Shown: positions 1-10,392, numbered from the whole stretch's first letter. The stretch: 63,910 bases of DNA, filler included, from 4 parts of 4 records of this genome joined end to end with filler, not necessarily neighbours in it, one strand, 5' to 3'. Notes: generated by a model not told the origin, from the letters alone. Translations and numbers: made by a program.

Positions 1-1
1 C

Positions 2-304
2 GATAAGTATTTCCCGCCGCTTTACAACGCACTGGGTATTTTCCTGCCGCTGATTACAGTGAATTGCGCCATTCTGGGTGGGTCTCTGTTCATGGTGGAA
101 CGCGACTATAACTTTGCCGAGGCGGCCACCTATGGCGTCTCGTCAGGCTTCGGTTGGGCGCTGGCAATTACTGCGATGGCAGGCGTGCGCGAAAAGCTGA
201 AATACTCGGACATTCCTGACGGCCTGCAGGGGCTTGGTATCACCTTCATCACCGCGGGACTGATGGCTATGGCCTTCATGTCCTTCTCGGGCGTGAAGCT
301 GTAG
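2..304 (+). CDS. nqrE: Na+-translocating NADH:quinone reductase subunit E (5'-truncated by window edge)
   Basis: Frame from position 2 reads [27 protein letters not shown]...[21 protein letters not shown], the NqrE/RnfA-family C-terminus; lies directly upstream of nqrF. Confidence 0.95.
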   Translation, partial: DKYFPPLYNALGIFLPLITVNCAILGGSLFMVERDYNFAEAATYGVSSGFGWALAITAMAGVREKLKYSDIPDGLQGLGITFITAGLMAMAFMSFSGVKL

Positions 305-314
305 GGAGGGCGCA

Positions 315-1538
315 ATGGAAACCTTTAGCCTTGGCGTTGTCCTTTTTACCCTGATTGTTCTGGCGTTGGTGGCCATCATTATGGCGGCCCGTTCCAAGTT
401 GGTATCGACCGGCAACGTCAACATCACCATTAATGGTGAAAAAACCATTGCCGTACCTGCGGGTGGCAAGCTTCTGCAAACTCTGGCGGCCGAAAAGCTG
501 TTTGTTCCCTCGGCGTGCGGCGGCGGTGGCACCTGCGCGCAATGCCGGGTGCGCGTGCATTCCGGCGGAGGGTCAATCCTGCCGACCGAAGAAAGCCACA
601 TAACCAAACGCGAGGCCGCCTGTGGTGACCGTCTATCGTGTCAGGTTGCGGTCAAGCAGGACATGAACATCGAAGTCCCCGAAGAGGTATTCGGTGTTAA
701 AAAGTGGGAATGTACTGTTCGTTCAAATGAGAACGTAGCGACCTTCATTAAAGCGCTGACGCTGGACCTGCCAGAAGGTGAGGATGTGAATTTCCGCGCT
801 GGCGGGTACATCCAGATCGAAGCACCCGTGCACCAACTCTCCTATACCGATTTTGATGTGGAAGACGAATATCGCGAGGATTGGGATCGCTTCAATCTGT
901 GGCAGTACAAGTCTACTGTCGCGGAACCGATTGAACGCGCCTATTCGATGGCCAACTACCCGGATGAAAAGGGCATGATCATGCTGAACGTCCGCGTGGC
1001 CTCGCCGCCTCCGGGATCGGAAGGCATCCCGCCGGGTCAGATGTCTTCGTACATCTTCAATTTGAAACCGGGCGACAAGGTCACGATCTCGGGTCCGTTT
1101 GGTGAGTTCTTTGCCCGCGAGACCGAAAAAGAGATGGTCTTTATCGGCGGTGGTGCGGGTATGGCCCCGATGCGCAGCCACATCTTCGATCAGCTCAAAC
1201 GCCTTGAGAACCGGAATCGAAAGATCAGCTTCTGGTACGGCGCGCGATCGAAGAAAGAGATGTTCTTTGTCGAAGACTTCGACACGCTGGCAGAAGAATT
1301 CGACAATTTCGACTGGCACGTGGCGCTATCGGATGCGCAGCCTGAGGATGACTGGAAAGGTTATACCGGCTTCATTCATAACGTGCTGTTCGAAGAGTAC
1401 CTCAAAAACCACCCGGCACCCGAGGATTGCGAATACTACATGTGTGGCCCACCGATCATGAACCAGTCGGTCATAAACATGCTGCTGGATATGGGTGTGG
1501 ATCGCGAAGACATCATGCTCGACGATTTCGGCGGATAA
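315..1538 (+). CDS. nqrF: Na+-translocating NADH:quinone reductase subunit F
   Basis: N-terminal TM helix, 2Fe-2S motif [15 protein letters not shown] motif [12 protein letters not shown] motif [20 protein letters not shown]-terminal DDFGG; RBS GGGAGGG upstream. Confidence 0.98.
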   Translation: METFSLGVVLFTLIVLALVAIIMAARSKLVSTGNVNITINGEKTIAVPAGGKLLQTLAAEKLFVPSACGGGGTCAQCRVRVHSGGGSILPTEESHITKREAACGDRLSCQVAVKQDMNIEVPEEVFGVKKWECTVRSNENVATFIKALTLDLPEGEDVNFRAGGYIQIEAPVHQLSYTDFDVEDEYREDWDRFNLWQYKSTVAEPIERAYSMANYPDEKGMIMLNVRVASPPPGSEGIPPGQMSSYIFNLKPGDKVTISGPFGEFFARETEKEMVFIGGGAGMAPMRSHIFDQLKRLENRNRKISFWYGARSKKEMFFVEDFDTLAEEFDNFDWHVALSDAQPEDDWKGYTGFIHNVLFEEYLKNHPAPEDCEYYMCGPPIMNQSVINMLLDMGVDREDIMLDDFGG

Positions 1539-1546
1539 GTAAGTTT

Positions 1547-1578
1547 GATCGGCTCCGGTCTTTGGAGCCGATCTTTTT
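1547..1578 (+). terminator. Rho-independent terminator after nqrF
   Basis: GATCGGCTCC-ggtcttt-GGAGCCGATC perfect 10-bp stem followed by TTTTT. Confidence 0.85.
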
Positions 1579-1667
1579 CAACTGAGAGCTGGTCTGGCAA
1601 CCGGTATCAGTTCCCCTGTTTTTGAACAAATTCCACGCCGATTGTGCCTCTGTAGGCGGCAGGACAA

Positions 1668-2447
1668 ATGTTAACCGGATGGATCAAAAGGCTTGTCGCC
1701 CCCAAGGCCCCGTCTGATCAGGCGGTGGGTCTGTCTGCACTCGCGCCAGCGGAAAAATTCTATGCGATCGGGGATATTCACGGCAGGCTGGACCTGTTGC
1801 AGAGATTGCTTCCTGAATTGGATGATGATTGCCCATTGGTCTTCGTGGGCGATTACATTGACCGAGGGGAGTGCAGCGCACAGGTGTTGCGCCAGCTACG
1901 TCATCTGGACAACAACACGGAACGGCGGACGACCTGCCTTAAAGGCAATCATGAGGATATGCTGCTTGGGTTTCTTGACGATCCAAAAAAATTTGAGCGT
2001 GTTTGGCTGCACAATGGCGGAGCTCAGACGTTGGCGTCTTTTGGCATTGCTGATGTCGATCTGTCCGAGCCAGAAGCCGTGGCAACAGAACTCCGCAATT
2101 CTATGGGTGAACACCTGTTGGAATGGCTGTCTGATCGGCCGCTAACTTGGACGAGTGGCAATGTGACGGTTGTTCACGCTGCGCTTGATCCTTCGCTAGC
2201 GATTGACAGGCAGCACGAACGGACTTGCCTATGGGGTCATCCGCAATTCCGGAAAAAACAGCGGAAAGACCAGCAGTGGGTAGTTCACGGCCATACGATC
2301 GTCGACCAGCCGCGCGTCGAACACAGTGTAATTTCCATAGACACAGGCGGATTCGTCACCGATCAGCTTACAGCTGCTGAGATTTCACCTGGCTCGGTTC
2401 GATTTATTTCAACCACCCGCACTGGAATCGGGCGAATTTCGGCGTAA
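1668..2447 (+). CDS. Calcineurin-like metallophosphoesterase (Ser/Thr protein phosphatase/ApaH-like)
   Basis: Motifs GDIHG, GDYIDRG, GNHE, VHA, HGHT, IDTG. Confidence 0.9.
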   Translation: MLTGWIKRLVAPKAPSDQAVGLSALAPAEKFYAIGDIHGRLDLLQRLLPELDDDCPLVFVGDYIDRGECSAQVLRQLRHLDNNTERRTTCLKGNHEDMLLGFLDDPKKFERVWLHNGGAQTLASFGIADVDLSEPEAVATELRNSMGEHLLEWLSDRPLTWTSGNVTVVHAALDPSLAIDRQHERTCLWGHPQFRKKQRKDQQWVVHGHTIVDQPRVEHSVISIDTGGFVTDQLTAAEISPGSVRFISTTRTGIGRISA

Positions 2448-2451
2448 GCCT

Positions 2452-2976
2452 CTATCCGACGATCATCTGCTTCATTCTCAGGGCTTCATATTCCAGTTCT
2501 TTCAACCGGAAATGCACGACATCCCCAATGGTGATAACGCCTTGTATGTTGCCATCACTCAGCACAGGCATGTGGCGGAACCGGCCTTCGGTCATGGTTT
2601 TCAGCACGTCGTTCAGATAGTCATCGGGGCTGCAGGTCTTAACCTGGGTTGTCATCAGATCAGCTACGGATTGCGGCAAGGTCTGACCCGGTGTTTCCGC
2701 CATACGGCGCACGATGTCACGCTCGGACAGGATGCCTTGCAGCGTACCATTCTGATCCGTCACAACCACGGCACCAATGCGTTTTTCCCGCAGGATATCC
2801 ACAACAGAATGAATCGTATCATTGGGCCGCACCGAAAAAACGGCATCCCCTTTGCCTTCCAGCAGTTTGGCAACCGTTGACTGGGTGTGTGACAGGTTGG
2901 TTTCAACAGATTGGCTGCGGGTTGCTGTTGCGGCCTTGTCGCCGCGGGTCGGGGGCTGGTAAGAGCTTGGGGCCAT
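2452..2976 (-). CDS. Tandem CBS-domain protein
   Basis: Two CBS repeats (IGAVVV...GILSERDIV; FRHMPVL...GVITIGDVV). Confidence 0.9.
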   Translation of the reverse strand: MAPSSYQPPTRGDKAATATRSQSVETNLSHTQSTVAKLLEGKGDAVFSVRPNDTIHSVVDILREKRIGAVVVTDQNGTLQGILSERDIVRRMAETPGQTLPQSVADLMTTQVKTCSPDDYLNDVLKTMTEGRFRHMPVLSDGNIQGVITIGDVVHFRLKELEYEALRMKQMIVG

Positions 2977-3093
2977 GGGCGGTCTCCTGTTTCACCGGTA
3001 TTGTCCTTATTTTCCACCTTACCGCAGGGACCGGCCCTGTATAGGGTGCAATTTCGAAAACCGGCATAACTTGGCCACTTTACAAGGAGTTCC

Positions 3094-3285
3094 ATGCTTG
3101 TGAGCAACCTGTATCTGACCCCGCCTATTGCCGCCTTCATTTTCTTTGCTGTCGTTGTTTGCGGTCACAATTTTCGCATGGCATGGAAACAGCAACCACA
3201 AGGATGGCAAAAACGTGCATGGCTCTTTGGTATCCCCGCCGCTGCAGGGCTTCTTGCACTGGCGTTTTTACCGCTCAAGGCCTGA
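3094..3285 (+). CDS. Small two-TM membrane protein (63 aa), function unknown
   Basis: Strong RBS AAGGAG before ATG; two hydrophobic segments flanking a WKQQPQGWQKRAW loop. Confidence 0.7.
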   Translation: MLVSNLYLTPPIAAFIFFAVVVCGHNFRMAWKQQPQGWQKRAWLFGIPAAAGLLALAFLPLKA

Positions 3286-3352
3286 GGCCGGTTTGACTCT
3301 GAACAGGGCCGCTGGCATATGCCGGGCAAGAATACGCCCAGGAGATTGCCCC

Positions 3353-4378
3353 ATGCGCCCACTGATTGCACTGGCTTCACTGCTGATTGTCTCGGCCTGC
3401 CTGTTTGACAAAGAACCTGAAGTGGTGCGCCTGTCTGGTGAGACAATGGGCACCACTTTCAACATTACAGCAATCGGCGATGATCTGGATGAGGCTGCGC
3501 TTGGCCAAGCGGTTCAAGAGACGCTGGCGCAGGTCAATGCGCAGATGTCCAATTGGGATCCGAATTCCGAGGTTTCGACCTTTTCAGCCTCAGACAGCAC
3601 AGATCCGATGCCGGTTTCAGATGAATTTGCCTTCGTGATCAAAGCCGCAAATGAGGTTCACGCACTATCTGGCGGTACTTTTGATGTTACCCTCGGCCCA
3701 CTGATAGAATTGTGGGGCTTTGGTCCGCGCAAACCCGAGGATCCGGTTCCAGCCGACGCTGACATTGCAGCAGCGTTGGGGCAGGTGGGTCAGGCGCGGT
3801 TGCTGACGCTTGATGACGCGGCGGGCACTCTGGCCAAGTCAGATGCAGGGGTCGGGATCAACTTGTCGGCCATCGCCAAAGGATACGGCATTGATGCAGT
3901 GGCTGCACGTCTGCGCGAAGCTGGGATCGAAAACTATATGGTCGAGATCGGTGGCGATCTTGTGGCTATGGGAGAGAATGACAAAGGTGAAAGTTGGCGG
4001 ATCGGTGTCGAAAAACCCGAGGCCAGCGCGCAGGCAATTCAACTGATCGTGCCTCTGATCAATCTGGGTATGGCAACTTCGGGTGACTATAAGAATTTCT
4101 TCGAACAGGACGGGGTGCGGTACTCGCATATCATCGACCCGACCACCGGGCGCCCAATCACCCACGCCACAACCTCGGTCACGGTATTGGCTGACAGCGC
4201 GATGATGGCGGATGCCTGGGCTACGGCGATGCTGGCACTGGGTCAGGAAAAAGGGCTGGAGCTGGCCGAGGAGCATAAACTTGCCGTGTTCTTCATCTCG
4301 CGGGATGTGACAAGCGGCGAAGAAGCCTATATCACCGTACAAAGCAGTGCGTTCAAGGATGCGCTGGGGACCAACTGA
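3353..4378 (+). CDS. apbE: FAD:protein FMN transferase (ApbE lipoprotein)
   Basis: Start reassigned to ATG 3353 (RBS GGAG at 3341); lipobox-like IVSAC; GETMGTT, LSAIAKGYGID, ATSGDY, YSHIIDPTTG, ADAWATA; nqr context. Confidence 0.95.
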   Translation: MRPLIALASLLIVSACLFDKEPEVVRLSGETMGTTFNITAIGDDLDEAALGQAVQETLAQVNAQMSNWDPNSEVSTFSASDSTDPMPVSDEFAFVIKAANEVHALSGGTFDVTLGPLIELWGFGPRKPEDPVPADADIAAALGQVGQARLLTLDDAAGTLAKSDAGVGINLSAIAKGYGIDAVAARLREAGIENYMVEIGGDLVAMGENDKGESWRIGVEKPEASAQAIQLIVPLINLGMATSGDYKNFFEQDGVRYSHIIDPTTGRPITHATTSVTVLADSAMMADAWATAMLALGQEKGLELAEEHKLAVFFISRDVTSGEEAYITVQSSAFKDALGTN

Positions 4379-4393
4379 CCGGTAGGAACCGTT

Positions 4394-4624
4394 ATGAGCA
4401 CCTTTATTCTGGCCTTCATTCTGTTGCTTATCATCATGGTTGGGATGTCTCTGGGCGTGATGCTGATGGGCAAGACCATCAAGGGCAGCTGCGGTGGTCT
4501 GAACGCGATTTCGGGGGCCGACAAATGTGTGGTCTGTCAGAAGGATGTCGACCCGGATAGCCCTCTGCGCGACCAGTTGCAGTGCAAGCGTGCGAAAAAG
4601 ATGCTGCAACAGATGGAAGGCTAG
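4394..4624 (+). CDS. nqrM: Na+-NQR maturation factor NqrM
   Basis: Single N-terminal TM then IKGSCGGL...CVVC...C four-Cys pattern; follows apbE as in other nqr loci. Confidence 0.88.
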   Translation: MSTFILAFILLLIIMVGMSLGVMLMGKTIKGSCGGLNAISGADKCVVCQKDVDPDSPLRDQLQCKRAKKMLQQMEG

Positions 4625-4639
4625 GATAACCCTCTTGGC

Positions 4640-6310
4640 ATGAGCAAAGCCAAGAACATCCTTTTCATCATGTTCGACCAATTGCGCTGGGATTACCTCA
4701 GTTGCTACGGACATCCGCATCTTCATACGCCGAATATCGATCGTCTGGCCTCGATGGGGGTGCGCTTTACCCGCGCCTATATCCAGTCGCCGATCTGCGG
4801 AAGCTCTCGCATGTCGACCTATACTGGCCGCTATGTGCATTCTCACGGCGCGTCGTGGAATGGTATCCCGCTGAAAGTCGGCGAGATGACCATGGGCGAT
4901 CACCTGCGCAAGGCGGGAATGGATTGCTGGCTGGTTGGCAAAACCCATATGAGGGCTGACGCCGAAGGTATGGCCCGGCTGGGCCTGGAACCCGATAGTC
5001 TGATCGGAGCACGGGTGGCCGAATGTGGCTTTGATGTTTTTGAACGGGACGACGGGATGCGCCCCGAGGGACCGGATGGCTTCTATGATCCCGGTGGCGC
5101 CAAGAAGTACAACGAGTATCTGAAAGACAAAGGCTATGAGAGCGACAACCCGTGGCATGACTTTGCCAATTCGGGGTTGGACGCAGACGGCAATGTGCTT
5201 TCGGGTTGGTTTCTGAAGAACTCAACCGAGGCTGCGAATATCGCCGAGGAAGACAGCGAAACGCCCTATCTGACCACCCGTGGTATCGAGTTCATGGAAA
5301 GTCACGATGGGCCATGGTGCTGCCATCTGAGCTATATCAAGCCGCATTGGCCTTATATCGTGCCGGAACCTTATGCCTCGATGTATGGTCCCGAGCATGT
5401 TTTGCCTGTGGTTCGCTCTGAGGCCGAGCGGCAGAATGCACATCCGGTGCTTAAGGCGTTCATGGACACGAAAATAGGCCAGACATTTTCGCGCCAGGAT
5501 GTGCGCGAGGCTGTCATCCCGGCCTATATGGGTCTGATCAAACAAGCCGATGACCAGATGGGGCGGTTGTTTGACTGGATGGAGCAGACCGGGCGGATGC
5601 AGGACACGATGATCGTGCTAACCTCGGATCACGGTGACTTTCTGGGCGATCATTGGATGGGCGAGAAAACCTTCTTCCACGACGCATCGACCAAGATGCC
5701 ATTGATCGTCTACGATCCATCGTCCGAAGCAGATAGCACGCGCGGTACCACATGTGACGCGCTGGTCGAATCCATCGATCTGGCCCCCACGTTTCTGGAG
5801 ATTGCTGACGGGGAACCTGCCGGGCATATCCTTGAAGGACATTCATTGCTGCCAATCCTGCATGGTCGGGCTGACAGTACAGCGCGCAATGTGGCGATTT
5901 GTGAGTACGATTATTCTGCCTCTCCTATTGCCCAGATGCTGAATGCTTCGGTTCGGGATGCAGTTATGTTCATGGTGACGAATGAGAAATGGAAGCTGAT
6001 CCATTGTGAGGGGGGCTATCGCCCGCTTTTGTTCGACCTCGAAAATGATCCGAACGAACTGACCGATCTAGGCGAAAGCGCTGAGCATGGGGACGTCATG
6101 GCCGAGATGTATGAGCACCTTTTCACGTGGACGCGGCGCCAATCTCAACGCACCACTCGATCCGAAGAGCAGTTGCTGAATATGCGCGGCTCTAGCGGTG
6201 GAAAGGGAGTGGTGGTCGGTATCTACGACGAAAACGAAGTGCCGCTTGAGCTGACCGTAAAATACCGCAATCGCAAGGCGCGGCCATTTGGGGACTATAA
6301 GTCAGATTAA
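4640..6310 (+). CDS. Formylglycine-dependent sulfatase (alkaline-phosphatase superfamily; arylsulfatase/phosphonate monoester hydrolase-like)
   Basis: NILFIMFDQLR, CxxxR motif ICGSSRMSTYTGRY, GKTH, KPHWP, SDHGD; no signal peptide. Confidence 0.9.
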   Translation: MSKAKNILFIMFDQLRWDYLSCYGHPHLHTPNIDRLASMGVRFTRAYIQSPICGSSRMSTYTGRYVHSHGASWNGIPLKVGEMTMGDHLRKAGMDCWLVGKTHMRADAEGMARLGLEPDSLIGARVAECGFDVFERDDGMRPEGPDGFYDPGGAKKYNEYLKDKGYESDNPWHDFANSGLDADGNVLSGWFLKNSTEAANIAEEDSETPYLTTRGIEFMESHDGPWCCHLSYIKPHWPYIVPEPYASMYGPEHVLPVVRSEAERQNAHPVLKAFMDTKIGQTFSRQDVREAVIPAYMGLIKQADDQMGRLFDWMEQTGRMQDTMIVLTSDHGDFLGDHWMGEKTFFHDASTKMPLIVYDPSSEADSTRGTTCDALVESIDLAPTFLEIADGEPAGHILEGHSLLPILHGRADSTARNVAICEYDYSASPIAQMLNASVRDAVMFMVTNEKWKLIHCEGGYRPLLFDLENDPNELTDLGESAEHGDVMAEMYEHLFTWTRRQSQRTTRSEEQLLNMRGSSGGKGVVVGIYDENEVPLELTVKYRNRKARPFGDYKSD

Positions 6311-6397
6311 TTCTATCCTTGCAGCCCCAAAAGACGGTTCAACCTTGAGTGAGCAAGGGGTAGAAGACGACAACGCCGCCGCAATCGGAGAGCTTTC

Positions 6398-7915
6398 ATG
6401 ACCGCCCCCAAACCTGTTGTTCTGTGTATTCTTGATGGTTGGGGCCTGTCCGACAACACCAAGGCGAACGCGCCGCATCTGGCCAATACGCCCACATTAG
6501 ATGCGATCATGGCCGAAGGCCCCCATGCGCAACTGATCACGCACGGGCCCGATGTGGGGCTGCCGAGCGGTCAGATGGGCAATTCCGAGGTCGGCCACAC
6601 CAATATCGGTGCAGGGCGTGTGGTTGCGATGGATTTGGGACAGATCGATTTAGCGGTCGAAGACGGCACTTTCTTCACCAATCAGGCGCTGCAGGAATTC
6701 ATCGCCAAGGTAAAGGCGGCAGACGGGACAGCCCACCTGATGGGGCTGGTCTCGGATGGCGGGGTGCACGGGCATCTTGATCATATCGTGGCTGCCGCCA
6801 AGGCCGTCACCGACGCAGGTGTCTCGGTGGCATTGCATGCCATTACTGATGGACGTGATGTGGCCCCGAAGTCAGCTTTCACCTATATCGCAGAGCTGGA
6901 AGACCGTTTGCCTGAAGGTGCGAAAATCGTCACCGTTTGTGGGCGGTACTTTGCAATGGATCGCGACAATCGCTGGGAAAGGGTGTCTGAGGCCTATGAC
7001 GCGATGGTCAAGGGGCAGGGGCGTATCGTGTACTCAGCGCATGAGGCCGTTGATCATGCCTATAACCAATCCGAGACCGATGAGTTTATCGCGCCCACGG
7101 TGCTTGACGGATACGTGGGTATGCAAAATGGCGACGGGTTATTCTGCCTGAACTTCCGTGCCGACCGCGCCCGCGAAATTCTACGCGCCGTTGGTGAACC
7201 CGGCTTTGAAGAGTTTGACACAGGCCCACGCCCGCAGTTGTCGGCGCTGCTTGGCATGGTCGCGTATTCCGATGACCACGATGGGTACATGACGACTGTG
7301 TTTCCCAAGCGCGAGATCGTGAACACCCTGGGTGAATGGGTCGCAAAACAGGGTCTGCGCCAGTTTCGGCTGGCCGAGACCGAGAAATACCCTCATGTCA
7401 CCTTTTTCCTGAATGGCGGTAAAGAACAGCCCGAAGGGGGTGAAGATCGTTTCATGCCCAAATCGCCCAAAGTGGCGACGTATGACCTTCAGCCTGAGAT
7501 GTCTTCGGCCGAGGTGACCGAAAAATTTGTTGAGGCGATTCATTCGGGCTATGATCTGATCATCACCAACTATGCAAACCCGGACATGGTCGGCCATACT
7601 GGCGACCTGCAGGCTGCGATTGATGCCTGCGAAGCAGTTGATCAAGGTTTGGCAAAGGTGGTTGCCGCCCTGAAACAGGTCGGGGGCGCGATGATCGTGA
7701 CTGCAGATCACGGAAATTGTGAAATGATGATCGATCCGGAAACAGGTGGTCCGCATACGGCGCATACATTGAATCCGGTCCCGGTTGTACTGGTTGGAGG
7801 CCCCGTGGGCGCAGGCCTGCGCAATGGGCGGTTGGCTGATCTCGCGCCGACGCTGCTGCAACTGATGGAGCTACCGAAGCCCGTTGAAATGACTGGGGAA
7901 AGCCTGCTGACATGA
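6398..7915 (+). CDS. gpmI: 2,3-bisphosphoglycerate-independent phosphoglycerate mutase
   Basis: LCILDGWG, GQMGNSEVGH, SDGGVH, AETEKYPHVTFF, NPDMVGHTG, ADHGN. Confidence 0.98.
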   Translation: MTAPKPVVLCILDGWGLSDNTKANAPHLANTPTLDAIMAEGPHAQLITHGPDVGLPSGQMGNSEVGHTNIGAGRVVAMDLGQIDLAVEDGTFFTNQALQEFIAKVKAADGTAHLMGLVSDGGVHGHLDHIVAAAKAVTDAGVSVALHAITDGRDVAPKSAFTYIAELEDRLPEGAKIVTVCGRYFAMDRDNRWERVSEAYDAMVKGQGRIVYSAHEAVDHAYNQSETDEFIAPTVLDGYVGMQNGDGLFCLNFRADRAREILRAVGEPGFEEFDTGPRPQLSALLGMVAYSDDHDGYMTTVFPKREIVNTLGEWVAKQGLRQFRLAETEKYPHVTFFLNGGKEQPEGGEDRFMPKSPKVATYDLQPEMSSAEVTEKFVEAIHSGYDLIITNYANPDMVGHTGDLQAAIDACEAVDQGLAKVVAALKQVGGAMIVTADHGNCEMMIDPETGGPHTAHTLNPVPVVLVGGPVGAGLRNGRLADLAPTLLQLMELPKPVEMTGESLLT

Positions 7916-9045
7916 GGTTGGGTTCGATCCTCGCTGCGGTATTGATTTGGTCGACGACTGTCGGCGCCCAAAACAGCCCGTCAACGGCGGCGCTGGAAGC
8001 AGCCGGGATGCTGGAGGAAGCATCAATTGCATTGACCGAGGCCGACAGTGCCCGCGACCGCGTCAAGGCCCTGACCGGAACGATACAGGCCTATGAGGCC
8101 GGTTTGACCGCCATGCGGGACGGCCTGCGCCGTGCGGCACTGCGCGAGGCGCAATTGTCTGCGGAATTGCAAGTGAGAGAGCAGGAAGTGGCGCAGCTGC
8201 TGGGTGTATTGCAGACCATCGAAACCACCGCACCACCAGTGTTGATGCTGCACCCTTCCGGCCCATTGGGGGCCGCACGCACCGGTATGATGTTGTCCGA
8301 GGTCACGCCCGGTCTGAACGCCAAAGCTCAGGCTCTTGCCAGTGATTTGCAAGAAGTGCAGACGCTGCGGCAGCTTCAGCAGAGCGCGGCCAATACGCTG
8401 ACGGAAGGTTTGACTGGCGTGCAGGATGCCCGCACGCGGCTGAGCGAGGCTATTGCGGATCGCACCGATCTGCCGCGCCGGTTCGTCGAAGACCCAGTTC
8501 GTACCGCAATCCTGATATCTTCGACAGAAACTCTGGACGGGTTTGCCAGTGGACTGTCCGAGATATCCGATGGCGAAATTGAAGACACCAGTGCGGATGT
8601 CTCGGACCTTAAAGGTCAGATCACACTCCCTGTTCAGGGTATTTTGCTTCATCGGGCAGGAGAAACGGATGCCGCGGGGGTAACACGCGCCGGTCTCGTG
8701 CTGGGAACTCGGCCCCGTGCCTTGGTAACGTCACCCACTGCAGCAACGATCCGCTACCGTGGGCCCTTGCTGAATCTGGGAAATCTGGTGATCCTCGAGC
8801 CACAACCCGGGCTGCTCTTCGTATTTTCGGGCTTGCAAGAGGTGTATGGCAAGACCGGTGAGGTGATTCCCGAGGGCACTCCGGTCGGTTTGATGCCAGG
8901 CGAAACACCGGAAATCGGCGCTATTATGTCAACAAGCGGTGATGGCACTGGAACTGACCGGTCAGAAACGCTCTATATAGAGGTAAGAGAAGACAACAGC
9001 CCAGTGGACCCGGAATCATGGTTCCGGACGGACAAGGATGGATAA
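7912..9045 (+). CDS. envC: Murein hydrolase activator EnvC-like (coiled coil + degenerate M23/LytM domain)
   Basis: Signal peptide, long coiled coil, C-terminal LytM-like LYIEVREDNSPVDP; gpmI-envC-ctpA synteny; 4-nt overlap with gpmI. Confidence 0.85.
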   Translation: MRLGSILAAVLIWSTTVGAQNSPSTAALEAAGMLEEASIALTEADSARDRVKALTGTIQAYEAGLTAMRDGLRRAALREAQLSAELQVREQEVAQLLGVLQTIETTAPPVLMLHPSGPLGAARTGMMLSEVTPGLNAKAQALASDLQEVQTLRQLQQSAANTLTEGLTGVQDARTRLSEAIADRTDLPRRFVEDPVRTAILISSTETLDGFASGLSEISDGEIEDTSADVSDLKGQITLPVQGILLHRAGETDAAGVTRAGLVLGTRPRALVTSPTAATIRYRGPLLNLGNLVILEPQPGLLFVFSGLQEVYGKTGEVIPEGTPVGLMPGETPEIGAIMSTSGDGTGTDRSETLYIEVREDNSPVDPESWFRTDKDG

Positions 9046-9051
9046 ACGAGT

Positions 9052-10392
9052 ATGAAGAAATTTGTGATGGCCGGACTGGCCGGCACCGTGGCAGGGTTAA
9101 TTGCAACAACACAGATCGCGGGCCCTTTGCTGGCGCAAGAGGCCGAAAGCAAGGCCGGTGTCTACGAACAGCTTGATCTGTTCGGCGATATATTTGAGCG
9201 TATCCGCGCCCAGTATGTCGAAGAAGTGGAAACTGATGAGCTGATCGAGGCTGCGATTGATGGGATGCTGACCTCTTTGGATCCGCATTCCAGCTATCTA
9301 TCGCCCGACGATGCGGAACAGATGCGTGTGCAGACACGCGGTGAGTTCGGGGGGCTTGGTATCGAGGTCACGCAAGAAGAAGGTTTTGTCAAAGTTGTCT
9401 CGCCCATCGATGACACTCCGGCGGATGCTGCAGGGATCGAGGCGGGCGACTTTATCACCCATGTTGACGGCGAAAGCATTCTGGGTCTGACATTGGACAA
9501 AGCCGTTGATCTGATGCGTGGCCCGGTGGGATCGGAAATCGTGATCACTGTTGTCCGCGAAGGTGAGCAAGAGCCGTTCGACGTTACCATCGTTCGCGAC
9601 ACGATCAAGCTGACCGCAGTGCGCGCGCGCACCGAAGGCACCAGCGTCGTGCTTCGCGTCACAACCTTCAACGATCAGACTTACCCGAACCTCAAAGATG
9701 GCTTGGAAGAGCAAATCGAAGAAGCCGGAGGCATCGAAAATGTTAACGGCATCGTTCTGGATTTGCGAAACAATCCAGGCGGGCTGCTGACACAGGCCAT
9801 CAAGGTCTCGGATGCGTTTCTGGATGAAGGTGAGATCGTTTCGACCCGAGGTCGAAACCCGGAAGACGGTGAACGGTTTAACGCCACGGCTGGCGATTTG
9901 ACCGGTGGCAAGCCCATCGTGGTTCTGATCAACGGCGGTTCGGCTTCGGCTTCGGAAATCGTCGCGGGCGCCTTGCAGGACCACCATCGGGCGATCGTGG
10001 TTGGCACCAAGAGCTTTGGTAAAGGATCAGTCCAGACCGTTATGCCAATCCGGGGTGATGGGGCGATGCGTCTGACGACATCGCGCTATTACACGCCTTC
10101 GGGCCGCTCGATTCAGGCGCTTGGCGTCAGCCCGGACATCATTGTAGAGCAACCGCGTAATAGGCCTGAGGAAGAAGAGGACGACGCAAACGCCCGCACA
10201 CGGTCCGAGGCAGATCTACGCGGCAGCCTGAATAATGACAGCCTGAGTGAAGATGAAATCCGCCAAATCGAAGAAGATCGCGCCAAGGCCGAAGCCACCG
10301 CAGAACTGCGGGAAGAGGATTACCAAATGGCCTATGCCATCGACATCCTCAAAGGTCTATCGGCCTTCAATCCAACCGGACCTTCGCAATAA
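9052..10392 (+). CDS. ctpA: S41 carboxy-terminal processing protease
   Basis: LDPHSSY, PDZ GEFGGLGIEV, DLRNNPGGLL, SASASEIVAGALQD, SFGKGSVQT. Confidence 0.95.
   Translation: MKKFVMAGLAGTVAGLIATTQIAGPLLAQEAESKAGVYEQLDLFGDIFERIRAQYVEEVETDELIEAAIDGMLTSLDPHSSYLSPDDAEQMRVQTRGEFGGLGIEVTQEEGFVKVVSPIDDTPADAAGIEAGDFITHVDGESILGLTLDKAVDLMRGPVGSEIVITVVREGEQEPFDVTIVRDTIKLTAVRARTEGTSVVLRVTTFNDQTYPNLKDGLEEQIEEAGGIENVNGIVLDLRNNPGGLLTQAIKVSDAFLDEGEIVSTRGRNPEDGERFNATAGDLTGGKPIVVLINGGSASASEIVAGALQDHHRAIVVGTKSFGKGSVQTVMPIRGDGAMRLTTSRYYTPSGRSIQALGVSPDIIVEQPRNRPEEEEDDANARTRSEADLRGSLNNDSLSEDEIRQIEEDRAKAEATAELREEDYQMAYAIDILKGLSAFNPTGPSQ

Noticed and set aside
3128-3352. N-terminal extensions in the ORF track (apbE; also accD from 17351, fghA from 26036, CPBP from 16482)
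   Set aside because: They overlap neighbouring genes; downstream ATGs have RBS or family-typical N-termini
3839-5158. 439-aa minus-strand ORF and similar antisense ORFs in the bacterial contig
   Set aside because: Antisense shadows of apbE, nqrM and the sulfatase; no motifs
7912-9045. M23 domain lacking zinc-binding HxH as a possible pseudogene
   Set aside because: A degenerate LytM domain is the normal state of EnvC
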